DNA of 64,000 bases from Hemiscyllium ocellatum (taxonomy: Eukaryota): contig NC_083408.1 in assembly GCF_020745735.1 (NCBI RefSeq), forward strand, positions 51,614,484 through 51,678,483, in the 5' to 3' direction. The notes below the pieces were generated by a model. The model was not told the DNA's origin. It saw nothing but the letters and a program-made list of their open reading frames with translations, and ran no database searches. Of this stretch, positions 12,940-25,855 are shown one piece after another. A program made the position numbers and the translations under genes. How positions within the stretch are numbered: the stretch's first letter is position 1; each line of letters begins with the position of its first letter.

Positions 12940-13735
12940 GGCAATCTATCACTCCTTTCTCTCAGGATTAAGAATGATTGGTTTCCACTCTGGTTCAACC
13001 AGTTCTGAGAAGGCTGGTAAGTCACAGAGTGATCTGCAAATGCTACATGCAGGGTAATTATGCTCAATTGTTGGGTTGTTTGCAAGTTTCTGCATTCCTC
13101 TGCCTCAACTTCGCCTTTGCATGTTCCGAAGTCTCTCCATGCGCTCAGTGCTTCCTGGATGTATTATCTCCATTTTGGTCAATCACAAGCCGTGAATTCC
13201 AATGAGTTGTTGGAAATTTTTGGCCTCTTCAGAGATGCTTTAACAACATCTGAGGAATTTTTACTGTGTGCCCAGGAATATCCTGCTGAAACCAAGTTCC
13301 AAGAGCAGATCTATTGCTTCAGGAGGCTGGTGAGCATGAGAGACTGGTATTCTGCTCAGTAGGCTGACTTTGAGTGACGAACGCTATAATGTTTGATTAA
13401 TTGGCTTGGGAGAGGGGGCAGCTGTTGTACATTCTTTCTTGCAAAGAGATTTGGAGAATCTTGCAAAGGTATTACTGGGGATATGTCCCCAGTGCTTAGA
13501 GGTGGGGTCTGTTGGTTGCCCAAGACTTTTTACCAGATAGGAATAATGGGGTCACAGCTGCCTGGTAAATTTTGACATTGGTCTCAGGTTTTAGATTCTG
13601 GGTCCCAAATGCATTTTTCTTCAGTCAGCTGAAGGCTGAGCTGACACATTGATGATGAATTCCATCATCTGTACCTGCCTTCATCAAGGGGAGTTTCTCA
13701 AATATGACATATGGTCTGCATTATCCAGGATCTTG
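12940..13735 (-). mobile_element. Decayed RTE-clade LINE, ORF C-terminal region
   Basis: Minus-strand translation fragments resemble the RTE RT C-terminus (LDNADH.SYL, LKPETNVKIYQAAV, KILQISLQER, DQ/PKWR). Confidence 0.7.
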
Positions 13736-14304
13736 CAATTTATCCAAATCAAAGGACAAGAGGTGTTGTGCTGTGGGAGTCGCTTGGATAAAGAAAGAAG
13801 CTTTCTGGGTGATTAATGAAAGGCTAATTTTGTCAGGAGTAAACAATGATCTAGAACACAGAGTGAGGGTGAATTGTTTTTGATTTTGCAATGAACGCAG
13901 CATAGTCTGACCAGATTCCTGTCTGTTCTGAGTCCAATTTGCTGTGGAAATGAGAAAGCGTGTTGGTGCAATGACACAGCCTTATTTGTCCCTAGATTTG
14001 ACTGGGATAAGGTTTGTGGTGGTTCCATTCATGAGTACCTCAGCTTGCATGCATAGCAATGTAGATAGTGGATGGTGCTAATTTTTGAAGGGCTACCAAA
14101 TTAGAAAACACTTTAATTACAATCAAACTATATGTTTTATGTGCAGTAAACTTTGAAGTTCTGAAGTTCTACTATGTTTTCAGTGTTTCCAGAGTTTGAT
14201 GTGTGATAAAGGCATTTCTGCAGGTTTTCCATCACAAAGATTAAGAACCCAAATCTGACTTGCCCTATTACAGCATCACCCACCAAAATTCTTATGAATA
14301 CTGC

Positions 14305-14742
14305 AGCAAGTAACTCCTGACTCCTCCAAGCCTGTTCTCCATCTATGAGCCACAAGTAAAGAGTGTGATGGAATATCCCCCACTTGCCTGCATGAGTGCT
14401 GCTTCAGCAACACTCAGGAAGTTTGACACCCTTCAAAACAAAGCAGCCTGCTTCCTTGGCATCACATTGAGAAGCATTCACTCCCTCCATCACCAATGCT
14501 CAGCAGCAGTAAGGTGTACTATCTACAAGATGCACTGCACAAATTCACCAAAGCTCCTTAGACAGTACCTACCAAATAAATGACCCCTTTCAACTAGAAG
14601 GATACAGACAGCAGACATATGGGAACACCATCACATGATCTTCAGTGGTTCAAGAAGTCAGCTTACCACCATCTTCTCAATGGAAACTAGGGATGAGCTA
14701 TAAATGCTGGCCCAGCCAATGATGCCCATGAATGAATTTAAA
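14305..14742 (+). mobile_element. L2/CR1-group LINE 3' fragment
   Basis: ORF 14365-14583 (MEYPPLACMSAASATLRKFDTLQNKAA...SLHHQ...TIYKMHC) is typical of the post-RT domain; tail ataaatgctggcccagcc...atgaatgaat. Confidence 0.8.
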
Positions 14743-17700
14743 AGTAAGCATCTATTTTCCCTATTTTGCAATGAAGATGAGTATCCCTGTATCTTCTGAC
14801 ATTCACAGATTAATGTTTTCAATCCATTCTGGCTGAATTGAATTGAGAAGTACAATTCAGAAGATTTCTGGAAGTTTTTTCCCATTTCTCTAACATCAGA
14901 ATTTAGTGGAAATTCTGATTATGTGTGGATAAGCACCAGATTGTGTGACTGCACTAGAATTTCAAAGTAATTACAATGAAGGAAATAGACCAAGTTTTGT
15001 GGAATTCCCTGATCACTAACTGCTCAGACAGTTGGAAAGGGTGGGTTTTAGAACCTCAAGACTGCTGTACATTTGAGTAGCAATTGTTGCATTTTAAATT
15101 ACTTTTTGGTGTAGTTTTTATGGTATTGAGATTGTTTATAACTTCCTGTGGGTGTGTGAGAATACTGGAGGTTTAAGTTCTGTCAATGCACATACCCAAT
15201 CCACCCCTAACAACAGTCAGAACTCCCCATGTGTAGGTTTACCTATGGACATACACTTGTATATTTCTGTCATGGGGGAAGACAAGCAAAGGAGATTAGT
15301 GGAAAGTAAGAGAGAGGCAGCAATTAAGGAGGATGCATCCTGCAAAATATCATTCCACTGATTTATTTTAAAAAATAAGCATCACAGGTCCTAAGAAGTA
15401 TATAGTGAGATTTGCAGCAGAAAGAATGCATTTCACAAAACTGAAAACTAACAGAAAGGTCTACATGGTGACAGTCATGATCTGAAAATCATCATTATTA
15501 TTACTATTATTCAAGGCTGTATTCTGTCAACTGTGTGTTTGCTGGTGCTTCTATATATTCTATTGCACCAATGGTACCTGGTCATGCCTTTATTGGGTTA
15601 AAGGGAATGGAAATCCAAGAGAAATATTTTATTGATGAGGGCATTAAAATGATTTGGTTCCTTATGTTATCATAACAAAGGGCTGTGAATGCGATCATCC
15701 CAAACATCAATTGCCATGAATCCTCAACCACTGGTCTAAGAGGCTGCATGTGGATGTGATGTTGCATGGTCAAGCCCTCAAGGTGAATATCCCTAAGATC
15801 GAACTTCCACTGCTTTGCATATGGGAGACCTTTTCTGCAGGGAAAGTAACACATGTTTGCCTCATCCCACATTTCTACTTCATTTGTGCTCTCCATGTGA
15901 TGCCACATCCTTATTAACAGCATAGAATTCCCCTTAGTTGAAATAATGAGGTGAAGTGTGGCATTTGAGGTCTGCTTTCGAGGGGCTGTCAGACAGTTGA
16001 TGTGAAGGATGTAATAGTTTTACTTGTTAAAATGTAGCATGGGCTTTTACAGTCTTACAAACAAGTAATTGGTATTAGACTTGGTGATAAAACACCCTAT
16101 GAGATTCTGAGCAGAAGGAAGTAGAAATGAGGATATCTGGTTCATCAGAGAATTATAAACCAGGGAAGATTTAAAACAAAAATAAAGGCAGATCCAGCCC
16201 TCACAATGCTACTGGAAAAATAGAACACAAATAACTGTTTTTCTTTCATTTGGTAGACACCAAAATTACCAATGTAATTATCTTTGACCAAGGAGGGGTC
16301 ACTCTTAAAGAACGAATGGAAGTACAAAATGCCATCAGTAACGCACTCATGAATCAAGAACTAATAATCCAAAGTGTTATTATGCAGTATACATTCTGTA
16401 CATATTAGTCTTACTTCCTGTGTCAAGTTTTTATAATGGAAAAGCAGGATGTCAACATATCACAATGAAAAATCTATATGTAAACATCCATAATGGAAAA
16501 TCTCCATCTAAACATGTCATCATTTCACAGCAACATTTTTCTGTCACATTTTGAATTAATCAAATCATTCAAAATGTTTTGTATAAAAAAGCTGGGTTTT
16601 TTTCTGTGTAGCTATAACATCTGTGCCAGCTTTCTCCTCTTTGGTGTGAAGCTTAGATGGGATGAGACTTCTAGTTAACATTCTAGACCTCCCAAACCTT
16701 AAGTCCTGTTCCTAGATTAGGGATCACATCAGCTCCAGCATGGAACCCAGCAGTGCAAGGATGCAAAATCACTCTGATGCAGCAGTAGAGACACAAATAA
16801 TGATATGTCGGTGTTTCTGGTAATAATTGCAGCATAAAATTTGTGTTCTTATATAGCTTCTGCGAGCAAAACCACAGGATATCAGTTGCTAATATATTGA
16901 CAACCCTGTGCACACTGCACACTTCCTGAACCACTTTACCTGTCACACTATTTCCATCATGAATCACTCTCACATTTTAATGTTCTTATTTATTGTGCTA
17001 AGCTGTGTTCAGTTCCCCTGGTTGAGTCCATTAGTTCAATGGCATTGTGGTTCTGTTCATTTGATTATCTCTATTGCTGATGAACTAATGGGATTAACTT
17101 TGGCCTTGGTCCAGATACTCTGTCCAGGCATGATTTTTGAGTTTCTCCCTCTCCTGTTTTTACTTTTTACCTATTTCTTTTTTCCATTTGTTGTTTTTCA
17201 AGGTCTTCAACCCTTTCCATGAACTGCTGCCAGTTCTATGCCTTTTTCAGTTTGTTTTGATTATAGTGCCATTGGACAGCATGTTCCTTCTAAACTCAGT
17301 CTACTTTTATAAGTCTCCTGGATCGTAAATTCTCTTTTATTATTTTCCCATTTCATGGTGTGTTTTATTAATTCAAAAATATCCCATTACTGGATCTATT
17401 TATTTTTTGTTCTTTTCTTAATTTAATCCAATTGAGTTATTTATTATTGAATAGAAGCAATATGTGACTTGCTTATTTATTTCCTAATTTATTCCTAAAA
17501 GCCTTGTTGGGCTAAATACTTTTTTTACTGACTTTATTTAAAATGTAGTTTTTGTTGAGTCCTCATCTTTAATAGACATTTTCTGTGGTCTCATTTGTAA
17601 AGCTCCATTGCTTGTTATAATCCCTACCTTCACCACATTCCCTTGTTTTCTATAGACTGTCCATTTGTCTGCTGGCTACTCAATTTTGCTTTAAAATCCA

Positions 17701-18426
17701 TGTCCACCATTTTGTTTTGAATGCTTATTCTCCTCAGAAACATTTTGTTTTCATTTGCATTGTCTTCTCTGTTTTTTTCTTCTTTCTCACTGCTTTTCAA
17801 AAAAAAGGAATCTCAATGTCATTATCTTTAATTTCTCCACCATCAATTCAACCTCTATTTATCCATTTTAAGCACCTCACAAACCACCCTCAAGAGCTGA
17901 TTACTTCCTTTACTTCTTCAGCTACTCAGTATTCCTCTCTCCAGCTTCACCACCAAATTTCAACTTGCAACTCATCTATGTCATCAGTTTCCATGGATTC
18001 AAGGGTAGCTAATGTAACCGTACTATCAGGAGATGGAGAGAAAGTAGGGAATTATGCACCTGTTAGTCAGTCATCAGCACTGTGGAAAATGCTACACCCC
18101 ATTATAAAAGATTGCATAGAACACTTTGTAAACACTGACAGCATCAGACAGAGTCAGCATGGATTTTGAAAAGGAAATCATGCTTGACAAATCTACTGGA
18201 ATATTTCAAGGATTTAATTAATACAATTGGTAATGGGGAGCCGGTGAATGTACTTTACTGTCAGAAGGCTTTCAATAAGGTCCCAGAGAAAGATTAGCAT
18301 GTACAATTAAAGCACATTAGATTGGCAGCTGAGGTACAAAGAGTAGAAATGAGAGGGGGTTTTTACTAAGTGGCTAGATGATGGGTACCGCAGGATCGGT
18401 GTTTGGATCCAAGCTATTCACAATAT

Positions 18427-19152
18427 ATCAGGCTGTAAGTTTGCTCACTGAGCTGGTAGATTTGTTCTCAGACGTTTCTTCACCATGCTGGGTAACATCA
18501 ACAGTGAGCCTCCAATGAAGCACTGGTGTTCTGTCCCACTTGCTAATTATGTGTCTTGGCCTGCTGTGGTAGGTGATGTCACTTTTTCTGAGAGGTTGGT
18601 AAATGGGGTCCCAAATCAATATGTTTGTTAAAAGAGCTCTGGTTTGAATTCCAGGCCTCCAGAAATTACTTGTGTGTGTCTTTGTTTAGCCTGTCCCAGG
18701 ACAGATGTATTGTCATAGTCAAACTGGTGTCCCTCTTCATCTGTGTGTATGGATGCCAAAAGACATAACCAAATATGACTAGGATCCATACACACAGATG
18801 AAGAGGCACACCAGTTCAACTGGGACAATAATCCAATCTGGGACAGGCTAAACAAAGACATGCATGGGAATTTATGGAGGCCTAGCATTCAAACCAGAAC
18901 TCCATTAACAAATATATAGACTTGGATCCCATTTACCAACCTATCAGAAAAAGAATCGAAGTGATATCACTCACCACAACAGGCCAAGACACACAAATAG
19001 AAAGTGGGACAGAACACCAGCGCTTCATTGGAGCCTCAATGATGATAGTACCTTGCATGGTGACAAAACATCTGAGAAAAAAATCTACCAGCTCAGTGAG
19101 CAAACCTACAACCTGATCCACAACCATGAGCTCCAAATCTTCTCCAAAATCA
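18427..19152. mobile_element. Penelope-like element 3' end (family B) in inverted, head-to-head arrangement
   Basis: Arms 18427-18754 (-) and 18784-19117 (+). They encode the GIY-YIG-associated C-terminus (HTDEEGHQFD.DNTSVLGQAKQRH...DPIYQP). TSD tatt(c/a)acaatat at 18415-18426 and 19153-19164. Confidence 0.85.
18467..18508 (-). ncRNA. Minimal hammerhead ribozyme motif, family B (one core substitution); more decayed twin at 19035-19076 (+)
   Basis: ctca-CTGTTGA-t-gttacc-cagcat-ggtgaa-GAAAC-GTC-tgag; stem I is ctca/tgag. Confidence 0.65.
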
Positions 19153-21957
19153 TATTAACAATATATATCAATGATTTAAGATAAGGGAACTGAATGTAGC
19201 ATTTCCAATTTTTCAGATGACACAAAGCTGGGTGGGAGGGTAATCTGTGAGCAAGGAGCTTTGTGTGATTTGACCAAGTGAAATGAGAGGCCAAATGCAT
19301 GGCAGATGAAGTACAATGGAGATAAATGTGAGATTATCCACTTTGGTAGCAAAAACAGGAAGGAAGATTGTTTAGCTAAATGGCAATAGATCTGGGAAGG
19401 GAGAGTTGCAATGAAACTTGGGTGCCCTTGAGCACCAGTCACTGAAGGTAAGCATGGAAATGCAGCAGATAGTGAAGAACACAATTGGTATGTTGGCTTT
19501 CGTAGCAAGAGGAATCGAGTACGGGAGCAAGGATGTCTTGCACAATTATGCAGGATCTGGTCGAGACCACAGCTGGAGCAATTCTGTGCAATTTGGTCTT
19601 CTTATCTGAAGAAAGATGTTCTGGCTATGGAGGCAATGCAACAAAGATTTACCAAACTAATTCCTGGAATAGCAGGACCGATGTACTGTGAGAGACTGGA
19701 TCAGTTACAACTATGTTAACTGGAGTTTAGAATTGGTGGGGAGGGATCCTTTAAAACCTAAAAAAAGTCCTAACAGGATTACATAGGGTAAACACAGGAA
19801 GGATATTCCTGGTGAGTGGGGAGCCCTGAACTACAGATCAACATTTAAGGAGAGAGGGCAGCCCATTTAGGATTGAGGTGAAGAGAAATTTCTTCAGCCA
19901 GAGAGTGGAATGTTTTGCCATGGAAAGCATTGTAAATGAAAATGTTGAATGTTTTCAAGAAAGGGTTAGATATTGTTCTTAGGGTTCAAGGGATCAAAGG
20001 GTTTCTGAAGAATACAGAAACAGGGTATGAAGTTGGACGATCAGCGTTGATTATTTTGAATGGCAGAGAAGGCTCAATGGATTAATTGGCCAACTTGTGC
20101 TTGTATTTTCTATGTTTGTATTTCTACTCAGCACTTGTATCCCAGTCATCATAACCACTGTAGCATTGCATTCGCTGCCCAAAAATATCCTCAGCGTCAT
20201 TTCCTTCTTCCCTGCTTGGTGGTAATCTGTTGTTGTTTTAGTGGAAGTAAGCGTCAGGTGGATTCTGTATTGAACAAATCTTCCAGTGTCAATTTACCGT
20301 GTATGGGGTGGATTAACATTTTCACCCCTACTCACCCCTCATCCCCACCCCATCACTTCATCTGTAATTTCTCATGAGGAATACTGCAGGAATTCTGCTC
20401 ATAATAATAAAAAGATGTTGACATGCTTAGGCACAATAGGTTGATGCCCCTGCTAAGGATTTCCCTTCCTAATATTTCCACATAGGCTTTTTCATTGTGA
20501 AATGCGACAACCATGAATAGCCATTCAATTTTGTCATCAGCACCCAAAAGGTTAAAGAAACTCTCCATGCAGCTAACAGATATATTCATTAATCCCACGC
20601 TTACCATCATTGCGTGATGATAAATTCCTGCTTGTTGAAGGCAATGAAAGGTTTAAAAATATCCTGCAATGCAAGATATGAAATAACAACCTGCCATCTG
20701 CTATTGGCAGACTAATCTCTGCCAGTCACAGGTAGAATTTAAAACCTGGCCAATTTTTTTAAAGTGTCCAAACAGTCAGATGTATCACAGTCCCAGAAAT
20801 AAACCAGCAATTTAAATAATGTCTTAAAAATCACTTTGGCATCTGAAGTTGGAATTGTAGTTAGCAAAGATAGCAGGACAATTAGAATTTCACAGTGTAA
20901 GTGTCAAAAGCAAATATGAGTTGCAATCTATTATAGAGGTCAATTTTAATTTTGCAGACTTAACATATAAAGAAGATCAATGGTTTAGGTGAATGCTAAA
21001 CTTTTTTTCCGTTTATGGATGATCCAACAAAATACATTCACATCTGTGCTAAAGAATAAAATTAAACAACTTGTTGTAATGTGCCATTTGTGGCATTAAA
21101 TTACCACGCTGCCAAATAACTCTCTTTCCAAGTCGTCCATTTACTGCTTGTAGTTCCAAAAGAAAGTTAACAGCCATCCCTTGCTGAACAAAGTAACTGA
21201 ATAAACAACATGTCTGCCTGTTCCTCCAATATTTCATATCCCATTGGCTGTTTCAAGCATGTTTTAGGAATGAAGAAGCACATTTTCACACTTATCATCA
21301 TATCAATGAAATACTGACATCTGTGGTACTACAACAGATGTATACATTTGACAATTGTGCAGAGGAGTTAAATGTCAAGAAACCAAACTGTGTTGTTTGT
21401 ATCGGTCTTTCTCTCTTCTTGGCTAACTAGGTTTCACAATTGCTGCAAAAGGTCAAAACCACAGCATGATAGATAGAAACTGAGATCCAGAGAAATACTT
21501 CATGGTCTTGAAATCCTTAAATTGTTGAGGGACATTTAAACTGCAGTATAATGGTATGGCTGATCATTTGTGACTCTTCATACCAATGCATGCAGGGTAG
21601 TATGCTCGAATAGGTGGCAATATAGAGGCAGTCAGTGCAAGCTTAAAGCGCAACATGTGACACGAGCTGTTACTTAAGAGTATGAAGCACAACATCTGAC
21701 ACAAACTGTCAGGGGATCCAGTATAACAGGAGCTGTCAGTTAAGAAGCACAGTGCGAGATAAGATTTGAGTTAGAGGACAGTAGAGAAGAATGAATGGTC
21801 ATGAATGACAATGGTACAGTGTAATCTAACTAAAAATAGATACGCCTTCAGCATTTTCAGTGAAAATTAACTGTCCCACTGTAAAATTGATGCATTGAAT
21901 GGCTAATAGGATTTTTGAAGACTAGGTTCTTTACAGAAAATATGATAATAATGATGG

Positions 21958-22210
21958 AGGTGGTATGGTGTCTCAGTGGTTAGTACTGCCACCTCACAGC
22001 ATGAAGGACTTGGGTTTGATTCCATCATTGGGTGACTCTGTGTAAAGTTTGTACATTCTCCCTGTTTCCAGATGGGTGTGCTCCAATTTCCTTCCAGAAT
22101 CTAAAGATGTGCCAGTCAAGTAGATTGGCCATGCTAAATTCCCGACATTATCCAATGATGTCTAGGTTAGGTGGCTTAACAATGGAAAACGCAGAATTAC
22201 AGGCATAGGA
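21958..22210 (+). mobile_element. V-SINE-type SINE, 3'-truncated
   Basis: Head tctcagtggttagtactg...gggtttgattcc and core attggccatgctaaatt. Confidence 0.8.
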
Positions 22211-22411
22211 AGTACCCTACGCCTGTTTTCATTTTTTAAAAATTACTTAATAGTAAAGAGGGAAAAATGTGACTTTCTTGAGTTTGACTAGCAATTTCAA
22301 TTTCAATTTGAAAAAAACATTAGATTAGAGGGGGGTTAACTGCTGAATGCTTTCTAATAGACGGTACATTATAAATATTACAAATTAAGTTTCAAAAATG
22401 ATTTTTATAAA

Positions 22412-22752
22412 GTCATTCACATGGTGAGAGCATTGATGGCTAGATGAGTATTTATTGCCCATTCCTAATTGCCCAGAATGCAGTTGAGAGTCAACTGTGT
22501 TGCCGTGGGTCTAGAGTGATACGTAGACCAGACCATGTAAGGATGGCAGTTTCCTTCCATCAGGGCCATGAGTGAACCAAGTGGGGTTTTCTTCAGCAAT
22601 AGCTCCATGGTCATCATTAGGATTTTAATTCCAGACATCTATTGACTTTTATTTAATCATCTATCATGGCAGGGTTGGAACCCAGGTCTCCAGATATGAC
22701 CAGGGTCTCTGGATTAACAGGTCAGGGATAATAACACAAGGCCATTCACTGC
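22412..22752 (-). mobile_element. tRNA-derived SINE with an L2/CR1-group LINE-derived tail
   Basis: Minus strand has B-box-like gggttccaaccc and a 3' end (gggcaattaggaatgggcaataaat...gtgaatga) like the LINE end at 14685-14740. Confidence 0.7.
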
Positions 22753-23685
22753 TCCTTACATAAAATACAAGGAGTTACATAGGTTTCTAAGAAAATGGTC
22801 ATCATAATATCAACTGATGCCTTGCTCTGTCAAAGAAAACCTTTTGGCTTTCTATTGTAGGCAATATTTTAAAATTTAATGGTAGGCTTAACCAAGCCAA
22901 TATCTTTACATTGATCATTCAAGACTTCAGGAAAATCGAAAAAGTTAAAGGACAAGATTTTCAGTTGATTGAATGCTTAATGTCTCTTGTTAAGGTTCCC
23001 AATTAATCTTACAGAAATTCTCAAAACCAAATGTAGTATGGTACTGAAGTAGTTCACTTCAGACACATGCAGACCATTCCTACATAAACAGCTGATTTTT
23101 ATCATTAAGTGCGCACACAGAAGCAACTCAACTCTCAGATTTGCATTCTATATATTTAAAAATACAGAAAGCTCAATAAATTGTATAAGCAGTTTTTTAA
23201 AAATATGGTTTTGGAGCATTTTGGAGCTGTACTATGGACAGCTGAAAAGCCCAAGAGATGCAAAACTATTTGTTTGGTTTCAATGTGTTTGGATGTGAGC
23301 TGAATAATTGACTCTCAAGTTAAAATGTTGCTGCTGTGAAATATCAGCAATTGTTTTACATCTACAGCCTCTCTCAGGACAGATGTTATCTAACATGTTT
23401 CCAACATTTCCTGTTATTAATTTCTAGCAATATTTTGCTATTGTTGGTGTTAATTATGTTTATTTTGGAGTGTTATGATGCAGGAAAGAGAAATAAAACA
23501 TCCAAATGAAATACATTAAAAATCCCACAACCATCAATGAGATTATAAACTGCTTAACTGGTCCTGGATGAGAGGTAAATATTGTCGAGGACATCAGATG
23601 CGTTCGGCTGCTCTTCTTTGACGAGTTCACTTTTTAAATGTTCAGTTGTGGATTTCTTGATTAAAATCATTCTTCAGAAATATCA

Positions 23686-23780
23686 CAGTGCTTTGCTGAA
23701 GCGTCAGCCTACATTATGGGCTCAAGTGACGGGAGGGTTGCTTGAATCCAGGATATTCAGTGAGAATGCTACATTGAGCC
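23686..23780 (-). mobile_element. Ancient DeuSINE (SacSINE1/AmnSINE1-like) head remnant
   Basis: gtcagcctacattatgggctcaagt...cttgaatcc...gagaatgctacattgagcc parallels 61680-61770 and the DeuSINE consensus as recalled. Confidence 0.55.
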
Positions 23781-24579
23781 TGTTCATTGAAAACAAACGG
23801 TTAACAACGTCAGTAAAATACCGAGGAAAAGAATTCCAGAGAAATATTTTACGAATCTTATTTTCAAATAAAAACAACATAATTCCCACTCCACAATAAA
23901 TATTATTCACCCAGAAAATTTGTCCTTGCCTGAATCACACATAGCCAATGTCCATCACTCCCTACATTCCACGTTACCAACTTTCTTACTTTCCTTCACA
24001 TAACAGGGCGGTTTGTCTCAATTGTTCACGAATTGTTCACCTTCCATACCACATTCAATTATTTTATCTTTGTACCTGCTCTGACAATCCTCAATGTTCC
24101 CAGATTGAGGAGTCTTCCCGTGTTCAGGGCGATGCAGGAAACAGACAGGGCACATGGTTACATACGTGTTCAGGTGACCAGCCTGGAGCCCGAGGCTGCA
24201 CCTTGAGGGTCATCACTCCACATCAAGCAGCGATAACATTGAGCCAATAATCCAGTAAATAACACCATCTGATACTTTGACGGGGGGTGGGATATGTTAA
24301 ACCGCAAGGGGCAAAACCCACGTTGAAATCAACGACCTTTAAAGTATACCACTGGGGATAAGTTGACAATAGTAGTTTGCATATGAAGCCTTGGTTCTAA
24401 TGTTAATACGACATTTTCATTGCTCGGGTGTTTTCCTTTAAACTAACATCGCATTACCCTGGGTAGCTGCATCATGCTTGTAGCATGATCCGGGGATTGA
24501 GTCATCTTTGTTTAATACATTGATCTAGGCCATATATTGCCCCACAATGTTGGTTACTCCTTGCCTGTTACTCCTTGTC

Positions 24580-24778
24580 TGTTAATCTCAGTTGACTGGA
24601 CGGCTCCCTCCAATGCTAATAACGTGGGTTCAATTCCCGCACCGTCTCAGGTTACCATGAACGACTCTCTTTCTCAGCATCTTCTCTCACCTGAGGAGTG
24701 GTCGCCTTCAGGTTAAACCACTGCCAGTCGCCTCTCCCTCTCTCAGGAGGGAGCAGACCGCGGCGACGTTACTTTTAT
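24580..24778 (+). mobile_element. tRNA-derived SINE, third family
   Basis: A-box-like tctcagttga, B-box gggttcaattccc; body shared with the 7525 and 60668 copies. Confidence 0.7.
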
Positions 24779-24953
24779 CGATTCCTGTCACATCGGGATG
24801 ATGAAATTTTGAGTTCAACGGTCAAATGATTACCTTGCATTTCTTTGAGTATTCATCTTCGAAAATAACCCGTGCAAATGTGAAGAACTCTCAGTGAAAC
24901 GAATGTGTCTGCAGTGAGTGAAACTTGTACCTGCGTGGCCCTTTTAATGTAGA

Positions 24954-25103
24954 GGGCAAAAGTGAGGAGCGCAGATGCTGGAGATCAGGGTCCAGATCAG
25001 AGTGGGGCTGGAACAGCACAGCAGGTCAGGCAGCATCCGATGAGCAGGAAATCAATGTTTCGGGCATAAGCCTTTCATCAGGAATGAAGGCCTTCATTTT
25101 CCT
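24954..25103 (-). mobile_element. Penelope-derived family A element
   Basis: Same body as other copies. Possible TSD cttttaat(g/a)ta(g/a)a at 24941-24953 and 25104-25116. 16-bp palindrome at 25083-25098. Confidence 0.8.
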
Positions 25104-25307
25104 CTTTTAATATAAAAGCAAGTCTTTAATGAACAACTTTTATACCAGGTTTGATTGCGCAGCAAAAAAAAGCCCTATAAATGTTGATTATTTGAATTTA
25201 GCTGCGGATTAAAACCCTGATCAGTTAATCACTATGAAACAGTCTCCACCACAGTACATCACACGATACTAGTTTCAGTGAATTATGATCGGCAGTCATC
25301 ATATATA

Positions 25308-25438
25308 GTAAAAACACTGACTGCAGATGCTGGAACCCAGAGTCTGGATTAGAGTGGTGCTGGAAAAGCACAGCAGGTCAGGCAGCATCCGAGGAGCAGG
25401 AAAATCGACGTTTCGGGCAAAAGCCCTTCATCAGGAAT
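25308..25438 (-). mobile_element. Penelope-derived family A element, well preserved
   Basis: ctgcagatgctgg...gtgctggaaaagcacagcaggtcaggcagcatccgaggagcagg...cttcatcaggaat. Confidence 0.85.
25404..25438 (-). ncRNA. Minimal type I hammerhead ribozyme motif, intact core
   Basis: Minus strand: ttc-CUGAUGA-A-GGGC-UUUU-GCCC-GAAAC-GUC-gau. Confidence 0.7.
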
Positions 25439-25855
25439 AATGTGGACTATTGCATGGTGTAAGATATCAGTGACAAGTGGCCATGTACATTTCGATCGAG
25501 GCCGCGTACCTTTGGCTAATTTTGAATGTTAGGAGGCGACAGGGCGCAGGGAGGGAGTGTGGGAGGGGGGGGTAGGCGAAGAGGGGAATAGAATTCTGTC
25601 TTTTATAACATTAGGCGAGTAAACAGCAAGTTTTTCGATGTGACTGCCAGTATATGAGAGGTAACTGACAGCGATCACTTCCCTCGAAATTAATACACAT
25701 CAGTAGGAGCTCTCCCTCTGTGCCCAGCGCCGAGACAGTCCCGCTCTGGCAGCATAGAGCTGACTGGGAAGGCCTAAAGCACATGTCCAGTGCTGCCGGA
25801 CTGATTGTCACTCGCAAAGCGCTGAAAGGGAGAAAAGCGTAAGGCCAGAAGTCTA

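Larger units (their letters stand above)
17980..20123 (+). mobile_element. Old CR1 LINE (different subfamily), split by a Penelope-like insertion
   Basis: Decayed RT motifs (GNYAPVS, QSQHGF, KSCLTNLLE, LFTIY-INDL, FSDDTKLGG) and a CR1 3' tail. Confidence 0.85.

Noticed and set aside
21607-21760. Weak CTCF-like motif and a ~40-bp degenerate duplication
   Set aside because: Three mismatches to the core and only two poor repeat units; within chance.
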